Positions 1 to 9,947 of a stretch of DNA of 64,000 nucleotides are shown piece after piece; positions within the stretch are counted from its first letter, which is position 1, and every line of letters starts with the position of its first letter. Under the pieces are notes generated by a model. The model worked only from the letters and a program-made list of their open reading frames with translations. It did not search any database and had not been told where the DNA came from. The stretch covers positions 7,497 through 71,496 of the forward strand of contig CAXFAS010000004.1 in assembly GCA_964001175.1 (NCBI GenBank), read 5' to 3'. The DNA is from an uncultured euryarchaeote (GTDB lineage: Archaea > Thermoplasmatota > Poseidoniia > Poseidoniales > Poseidoniaceae). A program made the position numbers and the translations under genes.

Positions 1-8
1 TAGACAAA

Positions 9-2318
9 TTATTTTGCAAGCATTTTAACTTCACATTCATCGAGTCGAGTTTTTGCTACAACGTGCTCTGCATCTATTGCTAGAACAGATCTCCAGCCTA
101 AGCTAGCTTGTTGATATCTTTCTGCCTCATGATGTAATGCAGCAATATGTAAGTGAGCATCGATATGGTTACCATCGCACTTAACGGCTGCTTCAAAATC
201 ACTTAGTGCATTATCGTCCTTGCCCCATTCCAAATACAACAGTCCTCTTTGATGCCAAGCAGGAGCATAGTCCGGTGCAATTCTTAGTGCGTCATTAAGC
301 GGCCCCTCTGCTCTTTCAGGTCTATTTAGAGCAACAAAACAAGCGGCTAATTGTGTTAATGCTTGGTGGTGGTGAGGTGCTTTCTCAAGAACCATTTCTA
401 AATCAGATCGGGCACTAGACCACTCCCCCAAACTCATTTCAGCCTCAGCCTTTTTGAATCTAGCAAGAGTAAAATTAGGCGCTAAATCTAATAGGATTTC
501 AGCATCGTCTAGCGCCTTCTTTCCTTCATCTAAAGCCATGAAAATACTACATCTGTTTAATCTTGCACGCATATGCCCAGGGTCTTTGTCTAGCGTTTTC
601 CCATAGTAATCCAATGCTCTGTCTAAATGACCAGTTCGAGCCTCGATATTTCCTCTTACATAGGTGATAATCGGACTTTGGCCATGTATATCGGCAATGT
701 CAATTTGTTGAGCTGCTGCTGTGATATCGTCTTTATCTAAGAATAGAAGCGCAGCCTCTGCAGCAACTGATGGGTCGTCCTCTGGCAATAATCGCCCTGC
801 TCTTGCCAATGCCTCTTCTGCCGAATCAATATTTTTCAAAAGCCTATTCGTTCTTGCCATTCCAAGCCAAGCAACTCCTAATTCTCGGTTAAGTTTTAGG
901 GCGTTTTCAAATGCTGATATAGCCACAGATAGTAATGTAACATCAGTTTCTCCAGTACCATCTCTAGTTCGGTCTGCATTTGCTAAGTGTAGCCGTCCTT
1001 CAACGACATGAAGTAGTGCATGATCAATTCCAACTGGAGTTCCATCGAGTAATTTTTGAGCATCATTAATTCTACCATCAAGTAAATTCCTTGTCGCTAT
1101 ACGGGCTCTTAATTCACCATTCATTTTATCCTTTTCAAGCGCTTTAGCCAATGATTCTTCAGCTGCAGATGCTGAACCTTCAGTTAGTAATAAATCGGCT
1201 TTGAGAAGTATTAGATCAACACCACCAGCATCTAATGCAACTGCATGTATTGCAGATTTTAGTGCATCCTTCAATCGATTTGTTTTCGGAGCTAATAATT
1301 TAGCCTTCAAGGCCCATGCATCTCCAGATTGTCGATCAATTTCTAGACATTTATCAGCCGCTTCTAGTGCCTTTGAGGTTTCATCTTCCTCGAATAGTAA
1401 ATTCGCATAACTTAACCAGTCACCAGCTTGGCTTGGATCTTCACTCAATGCATTTTCAATTGCTTCTAAAGCCTCGGAACGCGAACCTGCTCTGGCACGT
1501 AATCCTGATAGAAGTGATCTATCTGCAGGAGTATCTAACCCTAAAGCTTCTAGTCTTCTTACATCTCTTTCTGCTTCCATATCTCCCATCTTTGCTAATA
1601 GGTGTGCGTGGGCGCGAAGTAATTCTGGGTCATCAGGATGGACAGTCATTCGCGCTTCTAACCAATGTCTTCTAACGTCTCCGTCTCCCTTTTCTATAGC
1701 AATATGTTCCAATGCTTCCAAAATATTACTATTTCCTGGAGAAGAAGAGTATGCGATGCCAAAACATGTTTCAGCCCAATCATAACGTCTCAGTGAAAGA
1801 CTAGCATGGCCAAGTTTGTGTGCGGTTACAGGCTTTAAACCCATATTATCAGCAGTCATATTATGAGAATCAAAGGTTTCTAAAAGCCGTAAAACTAAAT
1901 TTGAAGTGATCTCATTTAGAATATTAGAATCGCCGACATTACTTTCGATAGAAACAGAAGAAACCAGCATTTCAAGAGCGTTTAATGCTTCAACAAAAAG
2001 ACCGTGCTCATCTAAAGAATTACCAATTTCTCCAACTTGCTCTAAATGCGTTATAGTATTGTGAGCTAACAGTGCACCATCAAGTTCAGGATTTGTTGCA
2101 CGCAATGCTTCAACCATGCCATTCAAGCTAGCCAATCTAGAATTCATTCTAGAGACTTCACTGTTGAGATGGCTGAAATGTGCACCCTGACTTTGTTGTA
2201 AAACTAGATTATTTTCAGTTACTTCAACTAACTTGTCATGAGTCTTTTTTAGCCAATATCCAGTTCCTCCTCCGGCGCCTATGACAGCGATTCCAAATAA
2301 AGCAGTTAGTGGTTCCAT
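9..2318 (-). CDS. Membrane-anchored tetratricopeptide (TPR) repeat protein
   Basis: 769-aa ORF. It has an N-terminal hydrophobic helix (LTALFGIAVIGAGGGTGYWL) followed by a long array of ~34-aa helical repeats with the TPR A/L/Y/G pattern (e.g. AWHQRGLLYLEWGKDDNALSDFEAAVKCDGNHIDAHLHIAALH). The plus-strand ORFs inside it are antisense shadows. Confidence 0.75.
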   Translation of the reverse strand: MEPLTALFGIAVIGAGGGTGYWLKKTHDKLVEVTENNLVLQQSQGAHFSHLNSEVSRMNSRLASLNGMVEALRATNPELDGALLAHNTITHLEQVGEIGNSLDEHGLFVEALNALEMLVSSVSIESNVGDSNILNEITSNLVLRLLETFDSHNMTADNMGLKPVTAHKLGHASLSLRRYDWAETCFGIAYSSSPGNSNILEALEHIAIEKGDGDVRRHWLEARMTVHPDDPELLRAHAHLLAKMGDMEAERDVRRLEALGLDTPADRSLLSGLRARAGSRSEALEAIENALSEDPSQAGDWLSYANLLFEEDETSKALEAADKCLEIDRQSGDAWALKAKLLAPKTNRLKDALKSAIHAVALDAGGVDLILLKADLLLTEGSASAAEESLAKALEKDKMNGELRARIATRNLLDGRINDAQKLLDGTPVGIDHALLHVVEGRLHLANADRTRDGTGETDVTLLSVAISAFENALKLNRELGVAWLGMARTNRLLKNIDSAEEALARAGRLLPEDDPSVAAEAALLFLDKDDITAAAQQIDIADIHGQSPIITYVRGNIEARTGHLDRALDYYGKTLDKDPGHMRARLNRCSIFMALDEGKKALDDAEILLDLAPNFTLARFKKAEAEMSLGEWSSARSDLEMVLEKAPHHHQALTQLAACFVALNRPERAEGPLNDALRIAPDYAPAWHQRGLLYLEWGKDDNALSDFEAAVKCDGNHIDAHLHIAALHHEAERYQQASLGWRSVLAIDAEHVVAKTRLDECEVKMLAK

Positions 2319-2498
2319 AGTGCACGAGTTTTCTTTGCCCCTTTATGCTCATCGGCTAAACTTAGGATGAACAAGCCTATTTCACGACCTTTTATTTTAT
2401 ACCGAAGGAGATAAAATTAATGAAAAACCTTCTTTTTTTCTTCAGTTCTTTGCTCACATTCAAAGGCTTTCGCTATTCATCAGTGTTGAGGTCGTCAT

Positions 2499-5228
2499 AT
2501 GGAAGGTCATGCTAATGGCGAATCAAACCCGTCATGGTTTAATGATAATATTGAAACTTGGGCGAATATGGGTTGGGATATTGATGAGATTGAAAAGTAT
2601 CTTGATGAAAACTCAAGTACTGCAACAGAGGCCTTGTTAAGGGTTGAATATCTAGTTAATTTATCTAATAATTTAAGAGATAGATTAGATTTTGAATGGT
2701 TGGAAAAAAGCGACTTATTCAATGAATTATTCTCTAATTGGTTAGAAAAATTACACAATCCAATGAATGGAGAAATAATTCAACAAGAATATGAAGAATG
2801 GGCAAAAAACAACCGGCCTTGGGAATTAATTTTCCATCAATATAAACCTGAGTGGGATGCAGTTAGAAAAGGAGATGATATGCTGTTATTGCTAGCCCGT
2901 TGCGACTCATTAGACCCTTCATCACATCCACAACTATTTGTCCTTTTACCGATGTTCAAGTCGCCAGAAATGTTGAATAAAATTGATCAAGAATTATCTC
3001 TCCTAGAGCAAAATGAAGCTAGACAAAAAAGAACCATATTTAGTTCTGTAGAAGTTTTGAATGAGCAGGGATATGAAGTAGAATATATTATTGATTTACC
3101 AATGATCAAAGGATTAGAAGAAATCGCTGAAAAGCAAAGATTGCATACAGAATACGAAATTCTAAGATTGCAGATTATCGATAAATTATCACCTTTTGAT
3201 GATAAGATTGCAGAAGAATATGAGGGGCATAGACTTGCCCTCATAGGGCGCTCAACCGAAATAGACTTGATTGATTTTAAATCAAAAATTTCATCGATTA
3301 GCGACGATTTGCACCAGCGTCTATCCGATGTCAACGATCAAATTTTTGAATGGAGGGAGAAAGGGATAATTTTTTCTCATGATGAAATAATTCGTCCTGA
3401 TGAACTAATGCAATGGGAAACGAATTTACCGGAACTTCAACAGAGTGTTACTAAACATCTGCATTGGCTTGAACAATACCAAAACCTAGTAAAAATTTGG
3501 CCTGATGAAAATGAAGGACAAAATTATGCTGGGTATCTTGAAAATACGGAAGATTTGATCGATGTGGTAGAGAATCTTTTGCAAAAATCTAGAGAATTAG
3601 AATTAGAATCATTATCTATAATTGAAAGTTATCAAACTTTAGGTTTAGTTTTAGATGGTTATGAATCGCTAATAGAACAAGACCCGAGAAGTGCTCTAAA
3701 TATGATTAAAGAATCGAAGAATCTATGGCAACAAAGAGTAGAATGTATTGAGAAACTATTAGACATAGATGTTTCATTTGAAGGCGAAGAATCGTTAAAC
3801 AAACGTATCGCACTACTACGAGAAATCGAAGCCGGGCAAGATATTATTGAAGATACAATCTTGATGATTGAGAACCTTTCCAGGCGAAGAGTCAGACATC
3901 GCAGGATGTTAGAATCGGAATTATTAGATTTGATAAAGCAAGGTAAGGCGTCTGAAGATACCATTTCTTCAAGATTAAATCTATTGGAATTTGAAGATTT
4001 TATAGCCCATTCTAGGAAATTTGGAATGAGTAAAAATGTTACATTAACCGGAAATTCTGTAATCACATCGTCGATTAGTGAAAGGTTGGAATCTAAATTA
4101 AGAAATGAGTTATTACAATATGATAATGCTGGTTGGTATACAGGACATTTGAAGACTCAACTAGAACAAAGCCCTATTGAAGTTGCGAAGATTATGGGAG
4201 CAATTAGGCCATTAATTTCAAATCATGAATCTTTGAGAAGACGACTTTCAGCATTGCCTTGGAATCGAGATGTAAATCTAGCAATCCAAGTACAAGAGCA
4301 ATTACAAGATCCTCTCAAATTATCACAACTTAGTGATAATATTCCCTCTTTTATGAAGCATCTATCTAAAAAAGATATAGAGGATTCTGAATTTATTTTT
4401 GTTGCTTGGAAACCTGAACCGATAAGAAAAACATTGTTACCTATTCCAGAAACGATTCAACATCCTAAAGATACCCTAGAAGATGCCCATGAGGCAATGT
4501 TAGATGCAATGGACGAACAAAATAAACCTGAACCAGTAGAAATTAAGCGAGAAAAAGAATCAATTGGTGTAGAAAAAGAGTCAACTGCGAAACATAAAGA
4601 ATCTGAATTAGAAATAAACACTAACGTGAATATTGAATCTACGCTGGAGTCTCGCGAACCGAAAACAGAGCTAAAACCAGTTGATAAGGTAGTAAATAAA
4701 TCCTCAATCACATCAATTGAAAACGAATCTTTAGAGACTTATCTTGGCTTTTTAGTTGCTTTAGGTTTGGATGAAGATGCAAGTAATATTACAGTTCAAG
4801 GTTCTAATTCAATCGACTATATTAGAAAATCAATAGCGCCCCATGTAGGGATTGAGCCAAGGGATATGAGGATTGATAGAATGTTGAGAATCGTGTTGAG
4901 GTTGATGCCTAAAGGCGAGCCAAAAGATAAACGAAGAATTACAATGTTAGATCAAATAACCTCTGTATTGCCTAAGTACAAAAAATGGATGAAGGCAAGA
5001 CTCGAAGCGCGTCATTCTAGCGCCAAAGGAAATTTCTTAGAGGATGCTAAAAGGCTTGGAATTGCTTTGAATAGAATCCCAGGTCCAGGCTTCCCAGTAC
5101 CATTAACTAACGATGATAAATCATTACCAAATTCTGCAGATTTGGACGGTTTATCCGATGAAGTAAATATTCTAGTAAACAGTATGAGCATCCCATCTGC
5201 TAGTGGAATTGTAGTTGAAGCAGTTTGA
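2499..5228 (+). CDS. Large acidic, predominantly alpha-helical hypothetical protein (orphan)
   Basis: Uninterrupted 909-aa ORF, E/D/L/K-rich and coiled-coil-like. A short motif recurs (WANMGWDIDEIEKYL, LNEQGYEVEYIIDL, YDNAGWYTGHLKTQL). I recognise no catalytic motif. It is transcribed divergently from the TPR gene. Confidence 0.6.
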   Translation: MEGHANGESNPSWFNDNIETWANMGWDIDEIEKYLDENSSTATEALLRVEYLVNLSNNLRDRLDFEWLEKSDLFNELFSNWLEKLHNPMNGEIIQQEYEEWAKNNRPWELIFHQYKPEWDAVRKGDDMLLLLARCDSLDPSSHPQLFVLLPMFKSPEMLNKIDQELSLLEQNEARQKRTIFSSVEVLNEQGYEVEYIIDLPMIKGLEEIAEKQRLHTEYEILRLQIIDKLSPFDDKIAEEYEGHRLALIGRSTEIDLIDFKSKISSISDDLHQRLSDVNDQIFEWREKGIIFSHDEIIRPDELMQWETNLPELQQSVTKHLHWLEQYQNLVKIWPDENEGQNYAGYLENTEDLIDVVENLLQKSRELELESLSIIESYQTLGLVLDGYESLIEQDPRSALNMIKESKNLWQQRVECIEKLLDIDVSFEGEESLNKRIALLREIEAGQDIIEDTILMIENLSRRRVRHRRMLESELLDLIKQGKASEDTISSRLNLLEFEDFIAHSRKFGMSKNVTLTGNSVITSSISERLESKLRNELLQYDNAGWYTGHLKTQLEQSPIEVAKIMGAIRPLISNHESLRRRLSALPWNRDVNLAIQVQEQLQDPLKLSQLSDNIPSFMKHLSKKDIEDSEFIFVAWKPEPIRKTLLPIPETIQHPKDTLEDAHEAMLDAMDEQNKPEPVEIKREKESIGVEKESTAKHKESELEINTNVNIESTLESREPKTELKPVDKVVNKSSITSIENESLETYLGFLVALGLDEDASNITVQGSNSIDYIRKSIAPHVGIEPRDMRIDRMLRIVLRLMPKGEPKDKRRITMLDQITSVLPKYKKWMKARLEARHSSAKGNFLEDAKRLGIALNRIPGPGFPVPLTNDDKSLPNSADLDGLSDEVNILVNSMSIPSASGIVVEAV

Positions 5229-5229
5229 T

Positions 5230-6573
5230 TCACTTTAATTCTTCTAGTAATTCATTTTGTTCATCAGCACTCAATGACTCTTCGACAGGAGAGGCTTTCA
5301 CTGCAATTTCTGGGGCTTCTGGTAGAGGTGCATTTAATGGTACTTCACCAGCATCAATCGGTCCCAAACCTAATCCAATTGGAGGAGGTAATGGCGGAGG
5401 TAGAGTGGCTGGCGGTAGAGGTGATGTTGCTAGAGCGGGCGGAGCAGGAGGGCCTGTAGGTGTTGGTGGAGCAGGCGGGGGTAGTGCAGCTGGTGGCGGT
5501 GGAGCATGTATTTGTGGTGACGTGGAGGTTGGAGGTCCAGTAGGTGGCGCTGGAGCAAGATTTTCCTGGGGCACTGAATCAGAAGATTCGTTTTGAATCA
5601 TTTCTTGAGGTGGCGGTGGAGGTGGTAAGTTGTTGGTTTCATTAGGCGTACCAACTACTTCGGATAAAGGTGGAGGAGGCGGTAATGAATTTGTTTCTTG
5701 GCTTTCCATTGGCTGATTTAAATCAACTGGAGGGCTAGGTGGGGGTAATTGGTTGATTTGTGGATCAAATGATTGCATTGGGGAATTTGGCCCAGTTGTT
5801 GGTTGATTTATCTGTGGTAATTCTTGTGGTTTCGATAAAGATTTATGAAGATCATCAATAGATTCTGTATCAAAATCCCCAGTCTCCATATATTTAGCTA
5901 AGGTAGGGCCAACTAAAGCCATACTAGCTCTAAATCGTGGCCTATTTGAACCATATCCAGTGAATGTAATTTTATGCTTTGAACCATTTGCTGAAAATTC
6001 TAGACTATGGACTTCTAGGTGCATGTATAGCCATCCAAATAATCCGATGCCGATTAATAACTGTCCTAAAAGCGAAACCGCCGGAACAACAATCGAGGCT
6101 AATAATCCAATAAAGAATGAGCTAACCCACAGCCACTGGTGTTTGTGCATCAATTCATTGTGATTGTGCGAAAATCCTGTTAGTTCGTGTTTCATAGCTG
6201 ATTTAATATTTAGACGTCTCTGACCATCTGCTCCATACTTCGATTCAACAATTCTAATCAAATTATCATTGATTACTAACGATGTAGAATTTAACCCGTC
6301 GGGGCTTTCAATCAAGGGGAATTCTTCAACCTCGTCGCCGGATAGCGCCATTATTGGCGCAGCTCTAATCGGAAGATTCCATTGTAAATTTTCCTTATTT
6401 TCCTCTGGGGTTACGGATTCTTGCATTTCGCTACTTTCTTCGTTGCTATCCTCGGATAGCCCCTCTTTTTCATCGACTACGGGCTCTTCGATATTCTCTT
6501 TTGATGAATCCTCATCAATTGATGAAAATGGGTCTTCATCATCCGGCCAACTTGGCGCATCGCTATCGCTCAT
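5230..6573 (-). CDS. Membrane protein with acidic N-terminus, TM hairpin and long proline-rich C-terminal region
   Basis: 447-aa ORF with three parts: an acidic N-terminus (SDSDAPSWPDDEDPF...), two adjacent hydrophobic helices (WLWVSSFFIGLLASIVVPAVSLLGQLLIGIGLFGWLYM), then P-rich tracts. Its stop lies 1 nt from the stop of the convergent 2499..5228 gene. Confidence 0.6.
   Translation of the reverse strand: MSDSDAPSWPDDEDPFSSIDEDSSKENIEEPVVDEKEGLSEDSNEESSEMQESVTPEENKENLQWNLPIRAAPIMALSGDEVEEFPLIESPDGLNSTSLVINDNLIRIVESKYGADGQRRLNIKSAMKHELTGFSHNHNELMHKHQWLWVSSFFIGLLASIVVPAVSLLGQLLIGIGLFGWLYMHLEVHSLEFSANGSKHKITFTGYGSNRPRFRASMALVGPTLAKYMETGDFDTESIDDLHKSLSKPQELPQINQPTTGPNSPMQSFDPQINQLPPPSPPVDLNQPMESQETNSLPPPPPLSEVVGTPNETNNLPPPPPPQEMIQNESSDSVPQENLAPAPPTGPPTSTSPQIHAPPPPAALPPPAPPTPTGPPAPPALATSPLPPATLPPPLPPPIGLGLGPIDAGEVPLNAPLPEAPEIAVKASPVEESLSADEQNELLEELK
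5311..5832 (-). other. Proline-rich low-complexity tract (polyproline runs) within the 5230..6573 CDS
   Basis: Residues ~248-421 contain LPPPSPP, LPPPPPLSE, LPPPPPPQE, HAPPPPAALPPPAPPTPTGPPAPPA and LPPPLPPP. This makes a locally GC-rich island and produces the Gly-rich antisense shadow ORF 5225..5596. Confidence 0.85.
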
Positions 6574-6632
6574 AAACTAGGCACGGCTAAGACGCTTCTT
6601 AATATGCCCGAATTTTGCTGATAGCATTTTAC

Positions 6633-7874
6633 TTAACTATGGAGTTCAACTAACCATGATTTAACATCATCACGTTCTTCGTAACCTTTCCCAGCTTTTG
6701 TACCTACAACTGTCTCAATAGCAGCACTAGAAGCGATCTCAAGTGTTCTATCACTTAATGGCCCATTGAAGACAATAGCAATTGCTCCATCTGCCTCTTC
6801 AGCAGCTTTTGCTAATTTAGATGGTCCGATAGGTTCAGAAACCGAACCATCGACCATAACGAATAATGCTTTATTCTTGTCTAATTCACCTAAATGATCG
6901 AAGAATTCATGCACTTCGGCAGGAACTTCTTTTTGAGCAAAGGTCTCATCCATATCGTCAGCCCAATTTTTGTCTTCAACTCCCGCTTTCTTATCGTCAC
7001 TTTTCTGCTTTTTACTAATTTGATGAGCGAATTTACTTGCTTCAACTTTCATCGATAGGCACTTAGTGACGGTCTTTTGGGGAAGAAGTTCCCATTCTTG
7101 ACCAACTGGAGCTTGTGCGACAAAGTCAACCTTCATCATTTCCATTAACTGGCTGAACAGCATCTCTCCACCGCGGTCTCCATCTATTGCTAGAATTACG
7201 GTTTCTTTACCATTTGCTAAATCGATTAGTTCTTGTTTCATTTCTCCAGCACCGTCTGCGCTGATTGAATTTTTAACACCACAATTTAGTAAATTCTTAA
7301 CATCATTTCTTCCTTCTACGACAATCAACGATGAAGAAGATTCGATGTTTGGGCCACATGTTAGTCCATGAAACGAGGTAGCTGTTCCAACAGTTAATAC
7401 CGAACGAACTTCTTCGATAACAGTCTTAGAAGCAGCTTCTCCAGAATTAACCATCTTTAACAGTAATTCCTTTGCTCTATCAACAACAGTAGTTCTCTTG
7501 TTTGCTCTGATGTCAAGAATTTCCTTAACTACAATTTTTGCAGTACAGGGGCCAATTCTATCAATTGTTTCTAAAGATGATGCAATAATTGCAGTTTCTA
7601 CATTGTCTAGACTACTAGGGATAATTATCATTCCATGGACTTTTCCGCCCTTGGTTTCCATTTCTACATCTACGTGGCCTATTCTAGCCGTTCGTTGTAA
7701 TTTTCTTAATTCTAGTTCATCACCGAGCAAACCCTCGGTTTGACCCATTATAGCACCTATAATGTCTTTTCTTTGAACAGTTCCGTTTACCTTAATATCA
7801 GCGCGAATTTGGTATTTCATCGCCTTGCTTTGTTTTGAGTTATGCCCTCCACGAGGGTGTGATTTCTTAGCCAT
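6633..7874 (-). CDS. dnaG: Archaeal DnaG-type Toprim protein (primase-like / exosome-associated)
   Basis: The N-terminal signature KYQIRADIKVNGTVQRKDIIGAIMGQTEGLLGDELELRKLQ is typical of archaeal DnaG. The Toprim core is present (VVEGRNDVKNL...ILAIDGDRGGEMLF). The ORF track begins at 7898; I prefer the ATG at 7874, which follows AAAGGAG at good spacing. An ATG at 7820 is also possible. Confidence 0.85.
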   Translation of the reverse strand: MAKKSHPRGGHNSKQSKAMKYQIRADIKVNGTVQRKDIIGAIMGQTEGLLGDELELRKLQRTARIGHVDVEMETKGGKVHGMIIIPSSLDNVETAIIASSLETIDRIGPCTAKIVVKEILDIRANKRTTVVDRAKELLLKMVNSGEAASKTVIEEVRSVLTVGTATSFHGLTCGPNIESSSSLIVVEGRNDVKNLLNCGVKNSISADGAGEMKQELIDLANGKETVILAIDGDRGGEMLFSQLMEMMKVDFVAQAPVGQEWELLPQKTVTKCLSMKVEASKFAHQISKKQKSDDKKAGVEDKNWADDMDETFAQKEVPAEVHEFFDHLGELDKNKALFVMVDGSVSEPIGPSKLAKAAEEADGAIAIVFNGPLSDRTLEIASSAAIETVVGTKAGKGYEERDDVKSWLVELHS

Positions 7875-8073
7875 TTGAATATCTCCTTTAATATCCACAT
7901 CTTGAACCGAAATTTAAGAGGAAACCCTCTCAATTTTCCAAAGCCGCAAGACGAATCATGAGGCGTGAACAGGATGTGAACAAATCTCCGACAATCCAAT
8001 ACTTATTGAATGCTCTTGTTGAAAAATCATATTTTTATCGATTTTTAATGAGCAACTAATTCAAGAACAGTAA

Positions 8074-8577
8074 GTGCATCGGCTAATTGTGTCCGACATT
8101 CTGTGCCATAGTTTGGAAGCTTTCCAAAGCACGATAGAAGTCATGCTCGTAGACGGTATTTTGACTAGAGAGGAGAAGCGTCTTGTCATCAAATTAGCTA
8201 GTGCGTTAAATCTTGATGAAGACGAACCTTCTAAAATCTATGAAGCCATTAGGAATGGCAAATCTGTAAAAGGTGGAAATCCAATCACGCTCTTAGAAGC
8301 GAAGGAAATTTACACCAAGGTATTCGAAATTGCTATTGTCAATGCTTCGTTATCTCGTGATGAGTTTAGGGTTTTAGCACATTTGAGGGATTTATTCGAA
8401 ATAGATGATGAAGAACACGAGAAGATCGAAGCAGAACTTCGTGAAATTGTTAAAGAAAAATTCGAAGACCCTAATGTTATTGACAAGATGTTAGGAACTC
8501 TTAGAGATTCGGTTAATTTAGTCGGCGACTTATTTGATGTCGTTCGAAAGAAATCAACTGATGGTGCCAAGAAATGA
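8074..8577 (+). CDS. Hypothetical helical protein (TerB-like domain?)
   Basis: 167-aa ORF with a GTG start. The segment MLVDGILTREEKRLVIKLASALNLDEDE resembles the TerB-type helical motif. It is the first gene of a four-gene plus-strand unit with overlapping junctions. Confidence 0.45.
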   Translation: MHRLIVSDILCHSLEAFQSTIEVMLVDGILTREEKRLVIKLASALNLDEDEPSKIYEAIRNGKSVKGGNPITLLEAKEIYTKVFEIAIVNASLSRDEFRVLAHLRDLFEIDDEEHEKIEAELREIVKEKFEDPNVIDKMLGTLRDSVNLVGDLFDVVRKKSTDGAKK

Positions 8578-9197
8578 ATCTACAACTGGATCAATTATTG
8601 GCAGACACATCGCCAAATATTCTCAAGTCTAAGCGCAAGACATTGAAATTCTTACTTCAAGCATATCAAGCAGGAACTCCTGGTATGAATACCAAACCAA
8701 AGACAGATATTTTGGTCAAACAAGGGGCCTTTACTTTTCATTATGGCTGTACAGACCCGGAAATGCGAACTTTGACATCATGGTTGCTAACCAACTCGCC
8801 TAGTAGGAAAAAATTGGCGAAAATTATTCCTAAACTTTGGAAGAGGCATGGAAAAGAAGATCTAAAATTAGTAGGGTTATTACTGGCTAATTTAAACAAA
8901 GAAGATTTGAAAGAAGACCCATGGATCGTATTTATCCATTTATTTAACAAAAGCGAACCACTGGAAACAATTTTGGAAATCGCCGAAGAGATGAACCGTT
9001 CAGAAAATAAGATTCCAGATGATGAATGGCTTATCGCAATGGCCCAACAAAGTGATTTATGGCATCAAGTAGCCATGCTCTTTATTTCTGTAAGGAGCCA
9101 AGGTATTGGGGAATTAAAGCAATTAGTAATCTCCGCACCTACGGGTGGTGAATTATTTGAAAAGATAAGAAATAGCCTATTGAAATCAAATACTTGA
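8574..9197 (+). CDS. Hypothetical alpha-helical protein (HEAT/AlkD-like repeats possible)
   Basis: 207-aa ORF whose ATG overlaps the upstream stop (ATGA at 8574-8577). It looks helical with W/L-rich repeats. I cannot assign a firm family. Confidence 0.45.
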   Translation: MNLQLDQLLADTSPNILKSKRKTLKFLLQAYQAGTPGMNTKPKTDILVKQGAFTFHYGCTDPEMRTLTSWLLTNSPSRKKLAKIIPKLWKRHGKEDLKLVGLLLANLNKEDLKEDPWIVFIHLFNKSEPLETILEIAEEMNRSENKIPDDEWLIAMAQQSDLWHQVAMLFISVRSQGIGELKQLVISAPTGGELFEKIRNSLLKSNT

Positions 9198-9222
9198 AAC
9201 ACCGGTTATTCTTAGCATTGTT

Positions 9223-9432
9223 ATGAGTGAGAGGTTTCTTCCAACTGAAGACCCGGTAATGGAATCAGTCCTCCAGTGGACGGTCAATAGGGATGCTCAA
9301 GATGTTAGACGGCTGTTGGAATGGCTACCTGAGGCACGTTCTTCAAGAGAGAGAAAGGCGCTTTTGGAACGCGTTAGAAGTTTATTATTAGAGTTAGAAG
9401 GCGCCATGAATAGACTTGACGAACTTCATTGA
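9223..9432 (+). CDS. Small hypothetical protein (69 aa, R/E/L-rich helical)
   Basis: Its stop overlaps the start of the next gene (ATGA at 9429-9432), which suggests it is a genuine member of the operon. I recognise no family. Confidence 0.4.
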   Translation: MSERFLPTEDPVMESVLQWTVNRDAQDVRRLLEWLPEARSSRERKALLERVRSLLLELEGAMNRLDELH

Positions 9433-9947
9433 TGATGCCCATGACTACTTTTGTTATTTTAGCCGGCGGACAAAGTTCACGTATGGGCCAAGATAAATCA
9501 TTGATGGAAAGAGGTACTAATCGGATTTATCATTTGTGTAATGAGATAATAGATTCTAGAATAATAACTCTTTGCGGCGACGAATCTAGAATAGATTTGT
9601 TCGAAGGAGAAGTTTGGCCTGATCCAAGTAATTTATCAGGGGCTTTAGAGATCATCAAGTGGTGTTTGAATAATATAGAGGGTAAAATTCAGTTAATCCC
9701 ATGTGATGCATTCAATTTAGAAAAAGAAGGCATTAATTGGCTTCATAATTATGAGAATGCAACACCTGTAGATGGTTTTGGTAATCGTCAACCGCTATTG
9801 TCATTGATTTCAAATAAACAGTTACTCAATTTTTCAAGCAGGAATATTAGAGATCTTTTTGCAGGGATTCCTTCAGTAGTAAATGAAGAATTTTCAAAAC
9901 AGTTCAACAATTTCAATACCAAAGATGATGTATTAAAATTAGATTAG
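9429..9947 (+). CDS. MobA-like nucleotidyltransferase (NTP_transf_3 family)
   Basis: The N-terminal motif FVILAGGQSSRMGQDKSLM is the LAGGxSxRMG signature of MobA/CTP:molybdopterin-type nucleotidyltransferases. At 172 aa it is short. No other Moco genes are in the window. Confidence 0.6.
   Translation: MMMPMTTFVILAGGQSSRMGQDKSLMERGTNRIYHLCNEIIDSRIITLCGDESRIDLFEGEVWPDPSNLSGALEIIKWCLNNIEGKIQLIPCDAFNLEKEGINWLHNYENATPVDGFGNRQPLLSLISNKQLLNFSSRNIRDLFAGIPSVVNEEFSKQFNNFNTKDDVLKLD

Noticed and set aside
5225-5596. 123-aa Gly-rich plus-strand ORF (GGGNGGGRVAGGRG...)
   Set aside because: It is the antisense shadow of the proline-rich tract in the 5230..6573 gene, with CCN codons read as GGN. It has no independent start context and lies entirely inside a better-supported CDS.
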